A DNA stretch of 64,000 nt. Origin: Azospirillaceae bacterium. Lineage in GTDB: Bacteria; Pseudomonadota; Alphaproteobacteria; Azospirillales; Azospirillaceae. Position numbers and translations under genes: made by a program. Each line of letters starts with the position of its first letter. The stretch's first letter is position 1. The notes under the pieces were generated by a model that saw only the letters and a list, made by a program, of their open reading frames with translations, was not told where the DNA came from and searched no databases. The stretch is taken from contig JANQJV010000345.1 in assembly GCA_028281465.1 (NCBI GenBank), positions 6,745 through 70,744 of the forward strand, written 5' to 3'. Positions 19,241 through 29,261 of the stretch are shown in pieces.

Positions 19241-20530
19241 ATGAATGCAATGCGGCGGATACCGTCACGCTCGGCGCTGTCTTTTCTGACCAATTGGTTG
19301 CTGTTGGCGGCTCTGGTCGGGCTCGTGGTTGCCGGCCTCGCTCTGATTGGAGGTCCGGTTCGTGCCCAGACGATTCCGGTGCCGGCGGGCGGTTGTCCGC
19401 AGCCGGCGGGCAGTTTCGAGGTCTGGCTCAGTGAATTCGGGCGAACGGCGGTGCGGGCCGGCATTCGGCAGGAAACCGTGGCGCGGGCATTCGATGGTGT
19501 TCGACGTGATCCGTCGGTCGGTCGTGCCGATGGGGCCCAGCCGGAGTTCGAGCGCCGTATCTGGGACTACCTGGATCGGGCCGTGTCAGACGGACGAATC
19601 TCGCGCGGTCGGGAGTTGCGTCGTCGCCATGCGCCGATCTTGGAGAAGGTGGAGGCGGTGTTCGGTGTCCAGCCGGAGTACATCGTGGCGATCTGGGGGT
19701 TGGAGAGCGCCTTCGGCCAAGTAACCGGCGGGCACAATGTGCTGCAGGCCTTGGCCAACTTGGGTTATGCTGGTCGCCGTGCCGATTTTGCCTGCCGGGA
19801 GCTGCTGCAGTCCCTCCATCTGATCGAGACCACCGGCATGGCGCCGGATCGGTTCACCGGCTCTTGGGCCGGTGCGAGCGGACAGCCGCAGTTCCTACCG
19901 TCGAGCATTCTGCGCTACGGCGTGGATTTTAATCTGGACGGACGCGTCGACGTTTGGAACACGCTGCCGGACATCTTCGCCTCGATCGCCAGCCACCTAA
20001 GCGCTGCCGGGTGGCGGGCTGCTGTGCCGTGGGGGCAGGAGGTGGTTTTGCCGGTCGGCTTCGAGTGGGCGAGCGCCGCGCTTGGCACGGTGCGTCCGGT
20101 CGGCGCCTGGCGTGCCGCCGGTGTCCGCGCCGTTTCCGGGCGCCGTCTGCCAGCCGACGATCTGGAAGCGGCGATTCTCTTGCGCGGTGGTCATACAGGC
20201 CCAGCATTCCTAGTGTCGGAGAATTTCCGCGCCATCCTCGGATATAACTTCTCCACCAGCTATGCTCTCGCCGTTGGCTTGTTGGCCGACCGTATCGCCG
20301 GTCGGCCGGGCGTGCAGCAGTCTTGGCCGGTCACGGAACGCCCCCTCGGCCGGGCCGAACGCGAGGCCCTGCAGCAAGCGTTACTCGACCGCAGTTATCC
20401 CGTGGGTGGAGTCGACGGCGTGATCGGCCGGCAAACCCGTGGCGCCATCCGCGCTTTCCAACTCGATATCGGGGTGCCGGCGGATGGTTTTGCCAGCGCT
20501 GGTCTGCTCGCGCGCCTGCTTGCGCCCTGA
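19241..20530 (+). CDS. lytic murein transglycosylase (MltB family) with a C-terminal peptidoglycan-binding domain
   Basis: Signal peptide. Catalytic region IWGLESAFGQ. C-terminal PG_binding_1-like repeat (LQQALLDRSYPVGGVDGVIGRQTRGAIRAFQ). Confidence 0.85.
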   Translation: MNAMRRIPSRSALSFLTNWLLLAALVGLVVAGLALIGGPVRAQTIPVPAGGCPQPAGSFEVWLSEFGRTAVRAGIRQETVARAFDGVRRDPSVGRADGAQPEFERRIWDYLDRAVSDGRISRGRELRRRHAPILEKVEAVFGVQPEYIVAIWGLESAFGQVTGGHNVLQALANLGYAGRRADFACRELLQSLHLIETTGMAPDRFTGSWAGASGQPQFLPSSILRYGVDFNLDGRVDVWNTLPDIFASIASHLSAAGWRAAVPWGQEVVLPVGFEWASAALGTVRPVGAWRAAGVRAVSGRRLPADDLEAAILLRGGHTGPAFLVSENFRAILGYNFSTSYALAVGLLADRIAGRPGVQQSWPVTERPLGRAEREALQQALLDRSYPVGGVDGVIGRQTRGAIRAFQLDIGVPADGFASAGLLARLLAP

Positions 20531-20616
20531 GTGGCTGTTCAAGACATCGCCATCGGTCATTCAAACTTGATTAAACATTCAACGCCAGCTCTTATGAACC
20601 ATCTGGATCGGTTTGA

Positions 20617-22539
20617 TTGGGGACTGGACATCTCTTGAAGCGGCATTTCGAAGTCCTTGTGCTCCGGCAGACTGGCTGGACCCTTAACAGCATCTGTTCC
20701 GATCGCGCCTCCGCAGTCGGCGAGGCGACCGATCTTAGCCGGATTGAGGGTTTTGCCCGCGTCAAGGTGGTTGATTGCCGCTTTGATGCCAGTGCCGGCA
20801 CCTTTGAAGAGTATGATGTTCAGCTCCTGACCCGTGACGGTGGCAAGATTCCGCCGGCGACGAGGCGGCCGGTGACCGACGCGGGATCAGAATCGGCATC
20901 GGGCGAGGAGGCGGAGCCGGTTTCAGACGAGCCGGTCGAATTGGCCGAGATTGTACCCCGTGTCTGTCGCTTTGCCGACGATCTCTTCGGCTTCGACGCC
21001 CGACGCACGATGGCGCAGCACCTGCGTAAATCGCTTGATACTTGGATGGTTACGCCGTCAGAGGTTTTGCACTCTTGGCACCATTTTGTCCGTTTGGAAC
21101 AGGCCGGCACCGTCCTCCAGGCGGCCGTGCAACAGGTGGCCATCGCGCATCCGATGGCGCGCTCGGTCGGCGCACCGGTTCTGGTCAAGCAAATCTGGAA
21201 AGCCATCGACGATGCCAGCAAGCGGTTGCACGTTGAGACCGCCGCTCTGGATACCGCCGACCTGGCTGGGGACATGCCGGGCTTGCGCCGGCTTGGCGGG
21301 GCTACGATCGCCGATCGGCACCGATTGACCATGAATGCGGTTGCCGAGCACCTGCGTGCCGAGACCACCTGGTGTGCCAAGTTGGCTCGGTTATCGCGCC
21401 TGCTGCCCATCAAATTCGAGGCGGAGGATTTGGCCGTCGTCGACTCGGTGATCGCTGAGATCATAATGCTCCCCACGGGCCGGGCCAATTTGCTTAGCCT
21501 GTTGGAGACCGGCGCCTCCTTCGCCGGTGATGCCAAGCTGGTGCAGACCGACCGGCCGAGTATCGCCACCATCGGCGATCTGTTCAAATTGCTGGAGGCC
21601 GGCCCAACCCGGGAGGCGGCAGCCAAGGCTCCCCCGGAGGTGTTGCGTCTGCTCGACCTGCTGCACGACGCCCGGCTGCACGAAACCAATGCCGAAATCC
21701 TGCTGTGCGTCGCCCAGGAGGTGGAGGGTCCGCGTCGCTTGACCGCACATGTCGATGGTCCGGATGTGCTGCGCGAGGCCAAGGCGATGGCCGAGATCAC
21801 CAGCCGACTGGCGTCTCTCCAAGAGCGCTTCGGGACCATGGTCCGCAGATCACCTGGTTCTGGCATTTCGCGGGCGCGCGTTCCCGGCATCGATGCGATC
21901 GCTGCCCGAATCATACGCGCTTTGGAAGACCGCGCTGAGCAGTTGCTGCGGCCAGAGCTGCTGGGAGCGCAACTCGGTACCATCACGCAACTCGTACCCG
22001 CCGTCAATCTCCTGATCGAATTGAGCCGACTCGTGGTCGGCGACCTCAATATCCGCCGAATTGGCAAGCATTTGTTGGTTCGCCTCGGTGGTGATCTGGC
22101 CGCTATTCGATTGAGCGATGTTCCGGATCCCGAGGCGCTTGCCAACTTGAAACGGGTCGCTGCCTGGCAGGCGGAGATTCGCCAGGCCGACTTTGAGCCG
22201 CAGATGCGGTTGCAGCTATCCGACTTGCTCGACCGCTTGTGTCTTAAGCTTCTTGACCGGCTGAAGGTATTCCACACCATCAGACGCCAGCGTCCCAACC
22301 CGGTGGATCAGGCGATTGCCCTCTTTCAGCTCATCGGTGCCCAGCTCATTACGAAAGGCGAAGCGATGGCGCTTACCCGGCAGCGGGTCCTCGCCTGCGT
22401 GCGCGATGCCGGTGGTGGTTACCGTTTCACCCAGCAGTTGAATGACCGCAACGTCGACCGTCGAATACAGGCCTCTCTATCCAAGTTCGTTCTGCAAGCA
22501 CAGCAGGCGGCGTCCCCCTCGCAAGGGCCGAACCCATAG
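20617..22539 (+). CDS. large hypothetical protein (about 640 aa), predicted soluble and mostly alpha-helical
   Basis: Long uninterrupted ORF 86 nt downstream of the transglycosylase gene. No TM segment and no motif I recognise. The antisense track ORF 20820..22298 is Ser/Arg-rich and looks spurious. Confidence 0.6.
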   Translation: MGTGHLLKRHFEVLVLRQTGWTLNSICSDRASAVGEATDLSRIEGFARVKVVDCRFDASAGTFEEYDVQLLTRDGGKIPPATRRPVTDAGSESASGEEAEPVSDEPVELAEIVPRVCRFADDLFGFDARRTMAQHLRKSLDTWMVTPSEVLHSWHHFVRLEQAGTVLQAAVQQVAIAHPMARSVGAPVLVKQIWKAIDDASKRLHVETAALDTADLAGDMPGLRRLGGATIADRHRLTMNAVAEHLRAETTWCAKLARLSRLLPIKFEAEDLAVVDSVIAEIIMLPTGRANLLSLLETGASFAGDAKLVQTDRPSIATIGDLFKLLEAGPTREAAAKAPPEVLRLLDLLHDARLHETNAEILLCVAQEVEGPRRLTAHVDGPDVLREAKAMAEITSRLASLQERFGTMVRRSPGSGISRARVPGIDAIAARIIRALEDRAEQLLRPELLGAQLGTITQLVPAVNLLIELSRLVVGDLNIRRIGKHLLVRLGGDLAAIRLSDVPDPEALANLKRVAAWQAEIRQADFEPQMRLQLSDLLDRLCLKLLDRLKVFHTIRRQRPNPVDQAIALFQLIGAQLITKGEAMALTRQRVLACVRDAGGGYRFTQQLNDRNVDRRIQASLSKFVLQAQQAASPSQGPNP

Positions 22540-22673
22540 ATTGCCAGCATCCGGCGTTCACCGCTGGCTGACGCTTCTTGGCGTAGAAGAGGACCTTGGA
22601 ACCGGGCCATCGGACTCTCCCACGGTGGCAACACCCTGAGCAAGTCACTGAAGAGGACGCACAAGGTCGACGA

Positions 22674-22824
22674 GTCTTGATCAGATTTGCCACTGAGGCT
22701 CGGTTTGGGCAAAAGAACCAACTCAGCCGGGGATGGCACGAAACCGAAGCGCGACCCAAAGCGCCCACAGGCCTGCGGTTGACTTTAGCATGTATTGTTC
22801 GGCGCTATCTGCTCACCGGTTGCG
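22674..22824 (+). pseudogene. IS630-family transposase relic (about 50 codons, frameshifted)
   Basis: The translation ...VLIRFATEARFGQKNQLSRGWHETEARPKAP..., followed after a frame change by LFGAICSPV, matches the conserved IS630/Tc1 block (DEARFGQKGxLxRxW...RPxAP...YLFGAICP) recalled from memory. No intact ORF and no inverted repeats seen. Confidence 0.45.
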
Positions 22825-24114
22825 TCAGCCAGTCTTCCCGCGGGTGTTCACCAAGATCGCCCGGAAATCGTTGACATTGGTACGGGTTGGGCCGGTCTTG
22901 ATCAGGGCACCAAGGCGGTCAAAGAAGTCGTAGGACGCGTTGGCCGCGAGCATGGCCTTGGCGTCCAGGCCTTGGGTGCGGGCGTGTTGCAGTGTCTCGG
23001 GCGCGATGATGGCACCTGCGTTGTCCTCCGTGCCGTCGATGCCGTCGGTGTCGCAGGCCAGGGCGTGGATGTCGGGGTCACCGTCCAGCGCCACAGCGAG
23101 CGCCAGTTGGAACTCGGCGTTGCGCCCGCCGCGCGCCGCCTCCGATCGGACGGTCACTGTGGTCTCACCGCCCGACAGGAGGACACAGGGGCCGCTGGCC
23201 GGTTGGCCATGGCGGGCCACTTGGCGGGCGATGCCGGCCAGGACCAGGGCAACGTCGCGCGACTCCCCCTCGATGCTATTACCCAAAATCACCGGCGTGA
23301 TTCCGTGTTTCCGGCACAGTGCTGCCGCTGCATCGAGCGCCGTCTGTGCGGTGGCGATGACCGTGGTCTGGTTTCCGGTCAAACGTGGGTCGCCCGGACT
23401 CGATGTCTCGGCGGCATTGGACGACAAATGCGCTGTCACGCTCTCCGGTGCCTCCAGACCGTATTTTTCAATCACCGCGCGGGCATCGGCAGCGTTGGTC
23501 GGGTCAGCCACGGTCGGACCGGAGGCGACGATCGATGGGTCGTCGCCGGGTACGTCGGAAATGATCAACGTGTGTACGGGAGCGGGGGCGCAAGCCAGGG
23601 CAAGCTGTCCACCCTTGATACGAGACAGGTGTTTGCGCACGGTGTTGATCTCTGAGATCGTGGCCCCGCATCGCAGGAGTGCCTTGGTGACCGCGCGCTT
23701 GTCGTCCAGCGGCACGGTTGGGGGCGGCAGGGTCAGTAGCGCCGAGCCGCCGCCTGAGAGCAGGCACAGCACCAGATCCTCCGGACACAGGCCCTGAACC
23801 ATGGCGAGCATGCGGGTGGCGGCGTCCAGTCCGGCCGTATCCGGCACCGGGTGGCCGGCTTCCACCACCTCGATGGACCGACAGGCTGCGCCATGGCCAT
23901 AACGGGTGATGACGAGGCCCCCGAGTGGGCCTTGCCAATGGGCTTCCGCCGTGGCGGCCATGGCCGCCGCAGCCTTGCCGGCGCCAATGACGATGGTGCG
24001 GCCACGCGGCGGTGCCGGGAGGTGAACCGGAAGGCAGCGCGCGGCGCTGGTGGCATCGATGGCGGCGGCAAAGAGGGATTTCAGGAACGCGGGTGGATCG
24101 GGTACGGCCGCCAT
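22825..24114 (-). CDS. ttuD: glycerate 2-kinase / hydroxypyruvate reductase-like protein (DUF4147 + MOFRL)
   Basis: 429 aa. The N-terminal GAGKAAAAMA motif and C-terminal MOFRL-type region (GGETTVTV...GGRNAEF...DTDGIDG) are typical of TtuD/GckA-type enzymes. Confidence 0.8.
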   Translation of the reverse strand: MAAVPDPPAFLKSLFAAAIDATSAARCLPVHLPAPPRGRTIVIGAGKAAAAMAATAEAHWQGPLGGLVITRYGHGAACRSIEVVEAGHPVPDTAGLDAATRMLAMVQGLCPEDLVLCLLSGGGSALLTLPPPTVPLDDKRAVTKALLRCGATISEINTVRKHLSRIKGGQLALACAPAPVHTLIISDVPGDDPSIVASGPTVADPTNAADARAVIEKYGLEAPESVTAHLSSNAAETSSPGDPRLTGNQTTVIATAQTALDAAAALCRKHGITPVILGNSIEGESRDVALVLAGIARQVARHGQPASGPCVLLSGGETTVTVRSEAARGGRNAEFQLALAVALDGDPDIHALACDTDGIDGTEDNAGAIIAPETLQHARTQGLDAKAMLAANASYDFFDRLGALIKTGPTRTNVNDFRAILVNTRGKTG

Positions 24115-24126
24115 CCCACGGGCCCG

Positions 24127-24984
24127 TCAAGCCACGGCGCGAGCAGGGGCGGCGTCGAGGCCGGCCAAAACCCCATAGAGATAGCCGATGGCGCGGGCGG
24201 CCGTGGTGACCCCGTCCGGGTGGTACACGAACGGTTCGACCGCCGCCAGGCCGCTGAAGCCACCATTTCGCATGGCGAATAGAATCGGTGCGAAGGCATC
24301 GTGGCCTTGCCCAGGGGCCCGACGGTTGGTGTCGTTGAGCTGGATGTGGGCGATCATGCCCGTGGGCAGCCAGTTGCGCAGTACATCTGCCACCGGCCGT
24401 GCTTCGGCCAGGCCGGCGGCACTGGTGTCGAGCATGGTGCGGAAGGCCGGGCTACCGATTTCCTCCACCACTGCCGCGGCCTCTGCGACCGTATTGATGA
24501 ACGCGGTTTCGCGCGGCGCCAGCGGTTCCAAGCAGTAGGTGACGCCGGCTTGCTCCGCCGCCCGTGCCGCCGTGGCAAACACATCCAGTGCCCGCTTGCG
24601 TGCTTCGAGCGGATCGTCGCCTTGGGCGACATTGCGCTGTTTGGGGGAGCCGTGCACCAGCACGCGTCCCCCTAAATCCGCGCATAGCGTGACTAGGCCG
24701 CTGACAACCTCGCTGGTGTACCGGCGTACTGCCGGGTCCGGATCGGTGATGGAGAGGCCCTTGGGGGTGACCAGAAGCCAGTGCAATCCAGAGATCACAA
24801 GGCCTGCGTCGGCTGCCGCGCGGCGGAGTGCCGTCCGCCTGGCGCCGGACAGCCGGTGTGGCTCATCGCCCAAGGTGAATGGTGCCACTTCCAGACCAGC
24901 ATAGCCGAGGCCGGCGGCCAAGGTGCATTGCGCCGCGAAATCGCGGTTGTCGGCAATGACCTCATTACACAAGGAGAACTGCAT
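24127..24984 (-). CDS. sugar phosphate isomerase/epimerase (xylose isomerase-like TIM barrel)
   Basis: 285 aa. TIM-barrel AP-endonuclease-2-type pattern (GYAGLEV..., LCADLGGRVLVHGSP, YCLEPL, IAHIQLND). Probably co-transcribed with the downstream ttuD-like gene. Confidence 0.75.
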   Translation of the reverse strand: MQFSLCNEVIADNRDFAAQCTLAAGLGYAGLEVAPFTLGDEPHRLSGARRTALRRAAADAGLVISGLHWLLVTPKGLSITDPDPAVRRYTSEVVSGLVTLCADLGGRVLVHGSPKQRNVAQGDDPLEARKRALDVFATAARAAEQAGVTYCLEPLAPRETAFINTVAEAAAVVEEIGSPAFRTMLDTSAAGLAEARPVADVLRNWLPTGMIAHIQLNDTNRRAPGQGHDAFAPILFAMRNGGFSGLAAVEPFVYHPDGVTTAARAIGYLYGVLAGLDAAPARAVA

Positions 24985-25008
24985 GAAGCGTGTCTCGTGG
25001 AATCGATG

Positions 25009-25695
25009 TCAGGACCTCAGATAGCCGAGGACCACGTCGGTGACGTGGTCGAGGCGGACCTGCAAGGCACTGTCGGCCAGAAGGTCACACCGGAAGATGG
25101 CCGACAGTGTGTATGCGTTCGACAAATAAAAATATGATAGACCGGCGATCGAGATGTAGAGCTGAACCGGGTCAACATCGGTGCGGAACACACCGTCACC
25201 AACGCCTCGCTCCAGGACTTCGCGCAACAAGGACACCATTGGTGAGTGCATCTCGGGGATGCGCTCAGAAGCTTTCACATGTTCTGCGCCGTAAAGGTTT
25301 TCGTTGTTGAGGAGGCGGATGAACTCAGGATGGTCGACGAAGTAGCAGAAAGTGAACCGCACCAGTTCGCGGATCGCCGACACGGGGTCGCGACCTTCCA
25401 AATCGAGCTGGCGTTCGTGATCGCGAATCTGCGCATAGGTGCGTTCCAGAACGACTACGAATAGCTCTTCTTTGTTACCAAAGTAATGGTACAGCATGGC
25501 CTTGTTGGCCTGGGCCCGCTCGGCGATGGCATCCACGCGCGCGCCACCGAAGCCGTACTCGGCGAACTCCTGGGTGGCCGCCTCAAGGATGCGTTCCTTG
25601 GTTTGTTCCGGGTTGCGCTTGGGTGTCGACAAAGGGGCCGCTTCCTTAGATGAGTCGGTTTGGCAGCCGTCTCGCCGGTTGCATCGCGGTTTCAC
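25009..25695 (-). CDS. TetR/AcrR family transcriptional regulator
   Basis: N-terminal HTH (TKERILEAATQEFAEYGFGGARVDAIAERAQANKAMLYHYFGNKEELF). The exact start is uncertain. Confidence 0.85.
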   Translation of the reverse strand: MKPRCNRRDGCQTDSSKEAAPLSTPKRNPEQTKERILEAATQEFAEYGFGGARVDAIAERAQANKAMLYHYFGNKEELFVVVLERTYAQIRDHERQLDLEGRDPVSAIRELVRFTFCYFVDHPEFIRLLNNENLYGAEHVKASERIPEMHSPMVSLLREVLERGVGDGVFRTDVDPVQLYISIAGLSYFYLSNAYTLSAIFRCDLLADSALQVRLDHVTDVVLGYLRS

Positions 25696-26030
25696 ACACG
25701 ACCTCGCCCGTGCAAGCTACGGCCTTCCGTCGGCCGGCGCAAGGTTGTGCAGACACTAAGCCACTGAGTATCACCGCGATGGTGTTCGGCGACGGCAGTA
25801 TCTGAGGGCATACCTTCAAGTCTGCCCTCATCGAGCTGATGTACCGTTTCGCTGCCTGAGCACGGTAGCTTTTCGGTCTGTGCTATCGCATCGCTGCTCG
25901 AGCACGGTTGTTATTGAGCGGTCCTGATTGAAGAGGACGGCTTTGTGGCATGTCGGGCCAACACCGCGCGACATATTGCCAGCGATCGAAGCAATGGGTC
26001 GGTGTGCCCTCTCCGCAGGCTGATCCTCGC

Positions 26031-29000
26031 TTACACGGAAGCATCAGCCACGGGGCCTGGTCGGGATTGACGGTCTCCGATGGCGGCAGGGGTGGCGGCA
26101 TCGGCTCGCTTGTCTTGGCGTGCCATTTTGGTTCTCAACCATTGGCCGGTCCGGCGTGACCAAGACTGGAAATTGGCCTTGGCGATCAGGGCACAGGGCG
26201 TCATCACGAGGGTCAGAATTGAGGCAAAGCCAAGGCCGAACACGATGGCGCTTGACAACTGCACCCACCATTGGGTTGAGGGGGCACCTACCGTCACCTC
26301 GCGGGTGATGAAGTCGATATTGGCCTGTAGCGCCATGGGGATGAGACCCAGGATGGTGGTGATCGTCGTCAGCATGACTGGACGCAGGCGCTGGGCGCCG
26401 GTGCGCAACACAGCCTCCACGGCATCGCCGCATTGTTTGCGCAACCGGTCGTAGGTGTCGATTAGCACGATGTTGTTGTTGACCACGATCCCCGCCAAAG
26501 CGATCACGCCGATGCCCGACATGACAATGCCGAACGGTTGTGCCGTCACCAACAGCCCGATCATAACGCCCAGAGTGGACATGATCACGGCGGTTAGAAT
26601 GAGGATGGTATTATAGAAACTATTGAACTGCGTGACCAGGATGATGGCCATGACGAACAGCGCAACACCGAAGGCCCGGCTCAGGAATTCGCTGGATTCG
26701 CGTTGCTCCTCATCCTGTCCTTTGAAGACCACTCGTACGCGCGGGTCGACCGGATTATCGGCGAGCCAGGCCCGCAGCTCCTGAATTTTGGTGTCCGCCA
26801 GAATGTTCGGTGGCACGTCCGCAGCCACCGTCATCACGCGCATGGCGTCGACCCGGTTGACCTCGTTGACCTTGGGTTGGGGTGTGCGTTCCACGAAGTT
26901 GCTGATCGGAACCAAACCCTGATCTGTCTGCACGCGGATCTGGTCGAGCCGGTTGATGGTCCGGTCATCCAGTGGGTAGCGGGCGACGATGTCGATCTCG
27001 TCGTCGGTGTCATCGGGCCGGAAGGTGGCCATGAGCAAACCATTGGTGACCAGTTGGATGACATTGCCGATGCCGGCAATGTCAGTGCCGAACTTGGCCG
27101 CCTGGGCCCGGTCGACGCTGAACTCCCATTCGATGCCTGGGGTCGGTCGACTGTCTTCGATGTCGATCAGATCGCCGATTTCCGCGAAACCGGCACGAAC
27201 GTGGACGACCGCAGTGTCCAGAAGCTCTGGCATGCGGGACGACAGTTGCAGTGCCACCGGTTTGCCGACCGGCGGGCCCGACTCCTGCTTGCGGGTTTCG
27301 ACGATGATGCCGGCGAGGTCGCGGGTGCGCGCCCGAATCTCGGCCAAGATGGCGTCAGCCGGGCGCCTTTCTTGCCAGTCGGCAAATTCCAGCGTGATCT
27401 GGCCGATGGTGTCCTCCGGTATATCCTCGCCACCCCGGTCGTTGCCGCCGCTCCTTGTGTAAACACTATCGAACTCGTCGAGTTGCAGGACCCTTTGTTC
27501 CACTTCGGCCACCAGACGATCTTTCTCGTATACCGAAAGGTTGCCGCGTGCACGTACAAGCACGATGGCGTTCTCCGGTTCCACCTCCGGAAAGAACTCG
27601 ACCCCTTGGCCATAGGTCCCATAGCATACGTACACGCCAACCAAGGACAGAACAGCAACCAGCAGGATCTTGGCCGGGTGGGCAATCGCGCCGCGCAGCA
27701 GTCGTACGTAGACGCCCGTCAGGCCGCGCAGATCATTCAGACTGCCGGTTTCGGATGCCGAGAGCGCGCGCATGGCCTTCCTGTCGCTGGTTCCGGAGCG
27801 TCCGATCAGCGAGCCGACTGTCGGCACGAAGATGAGTGCCATAAGAAGCGAGGCGGTCAGTGTGGCCATGAGGGTGATCGGTAGAAACTTCATGAATTCA
27901 CCGACCACACCGGGCCAAAACAGCAACGGCATGAACGCGGCCAAGGTGGTGGCCGTGGAGGCCGTGATCGGCCAAGCCATGCGTTTTGCCGCGGCCCCGT
28001 AGGCGTCGAAGCGCGACGACCCTTCCGCCATCTTGCGGTCGGCGTATTCCGTCACCACGATGGCCCCGTCCACCAACATACCGACCGCCAGGATCAGGCT
28101 GAACAAAACCACGATGTTCACCGTCAGCCCCAAAGATCCCAGCACCAGAATGCCGGTGAGGAACGAGCCGGGGATGGCGATGCCGACCAGCAGTGCAGAA
28201 CGCACGCCCAGGGCCGCCACGCAGACAACCATCACCAGTAGCACGGCGCTGATGACGTTGTTCTGTAGGTCCAAAAGCATGGTGCGGATATCGGAGGAAC
28301 GGTCCTGCAGATAGTCGACGCGCACGCCTTGCGGCCAGAAGCGGCGCTCCTCTTCCACGATGCGGCGGACACTCTCGATGGTCTCGATGATGTTTTCGCC
28401 CGAACGTTTGACCACTTCAAGCGCGATGGCACGGCGTCCGTTGACCCGAGCGAAACTCTCCGGGTCTTTGAAGTGTCGGCGTACCTCGCCGATGTCGCGG
28501 ACCCGCACGACGGCATCGCCCTCCACCTTCAGGGGCAGGTTGAGAATGTCGTCGGCCGTCTCGAACAGGCCCGGCACCTTGATGGCGAACCGACCGCTGC
28601 CCGTGTCCAGGTTGCCAGCCGCCACCAGACGGTTGGAGCGCGACAGGAAATCGAACAGTGCCCCGGCATCGAGCGCATAACTCTCGACCAACATGGGATC
28701 GATGACGATTTCCAGCAGCTCTTCCCGATCGCCGCCGATATTGGCTTCCAGCACCGGACTGAGGCTTTGGATGCGGTCCTGCAGATCACGCGCCAAGCGT
28801 AGCAGGGTCCGTTCTGGCACATCGCCGGACAGGGTGACCACCACGACGGGAAACAGGCTGAAATTGACCTCGTGCACCGTCGGTTCGTCTGTGCCGTCAG
28901 GCAATTCCGGCTTGGCCAGATCGACTTTTTCGCGGACGTCGTCCAAGGCCTGATCGGCATCGAAGCCCGCATCGAACTCCAGCACGACGAAGGCACCACC

Positions 29001-29261
29001 CTGATAGGCCGTGGACCGCATCTCCTTGACGCCTTCGATCGATTGCACTTCCTGCTCGATTGGGCGGACCAGTAGTCGTTCGGCGTCTTCCGGCGAGATG
29101 CCCTCGTACGTGACCTCCGTATAGATGATCGGGATGTTGATGTCCGGGTCGGATTCCTTCGGAATATCGATGTATGCTCCAACGCCGGCCACCAGTAGCA
29201 AGATGAGCGTGCAGAGCACCATGCGGGCGCGGCCGAGAGCCGCATCGATCAGCGCACTCAT
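26031..29261 (-). CDS. RND family efflux transporter, inner-membrane permease (AcrB-like)
   Basis: 1076 aa with the 12-TM RND architecture and two large periplasmic loops. Its start overlaps the stop of the upstream adaptor gene by 4 nt. Confidence 0.93.
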   Translation of the reverse strand: MSALIDAALGRARMVLCTLILLLVAGVGAYIDIPKESDPDINIPIIYTEVTYEGISPEDAERLLVRPIEQEVQSIEGVKEMRSTAYQGGAFVVLEFDAGFDADQALDDVREKVDLAKPELPDGTDEPTVHEVNFSLFPVVVVTLSGDVPERTLLRLARDLQDRIQSLSPVLEANIGGDREELLEIVIDPMLVESYALDAGALFDFLSRSNRLVAAGNLDTGSGRFAIKVPGLFETADDILNLPLKVEGDAVVRVRDIGEVRRHFKDPESFARVNGRRAIALEVVKRSGENIIETIESVRRIVEEERRFWPQGVRVDYLQDRSSDIRTMLLDLQNNVISAVLLVMVVCVAALGVRSALLVGIAIPGSFLTGILVLGSLGLTVNIVVLFSLILAVGMLVDGAIVVTEYADRKMAEGSSRFDAYGAAAKRMAWPITASTATTLAAFMPLLFWPGVVGEFMKFLPITLMATLTASLLMALIFVPTVGSLIGRSGTSDRKAMRALSASETGSLNDLRGLTGVYVRLLRGAIAHPAKILLVAVLSLVGVYVCYGTYGQGVEFFPEVEPENAIVLVRARGNLSVYEKDRLVAEVEQRVLQLDEFDSVYTRSGGNDRGGEDIPEDTIGQITLEFADWQERRPADAILAEIRARTRDLAGIIVETRKQESGPPVGKPVALQLSSRMPELLDTAVVHVRAGFAEIGDLIDIEDSRPTPGIEWEFSVDRAQAAKFGTDIAGIGNVIQLVTNGLLMATFRPDDTDDEIDIVARYPLDDRTINRLDQIRVQTDQGLVPISNFVERTPQPKVNEVNRVDAMRVMTVAADVPPNILADTKIQELRAWLADNPVDPRVRVVFKGQDEEQRESSEFLSRAFGVALFVMAIILVTQFNSFYNTILILTAVIMSTLGVMIGLLVTAQPFGIVMSGIGVIALAGIVVNNNIVLIDTYDRLRKQCGDAVEAVLRTGAQRLRPVMLTTITTILGLIPMALQANIDFITREVTVGAPSTQWWVQLSSAIVFGLGFASILTLVMTPCALIAKANFQSWSRRTGQWLRTKMARQDKRADAATPAAIGDRQSRPGPVADASV

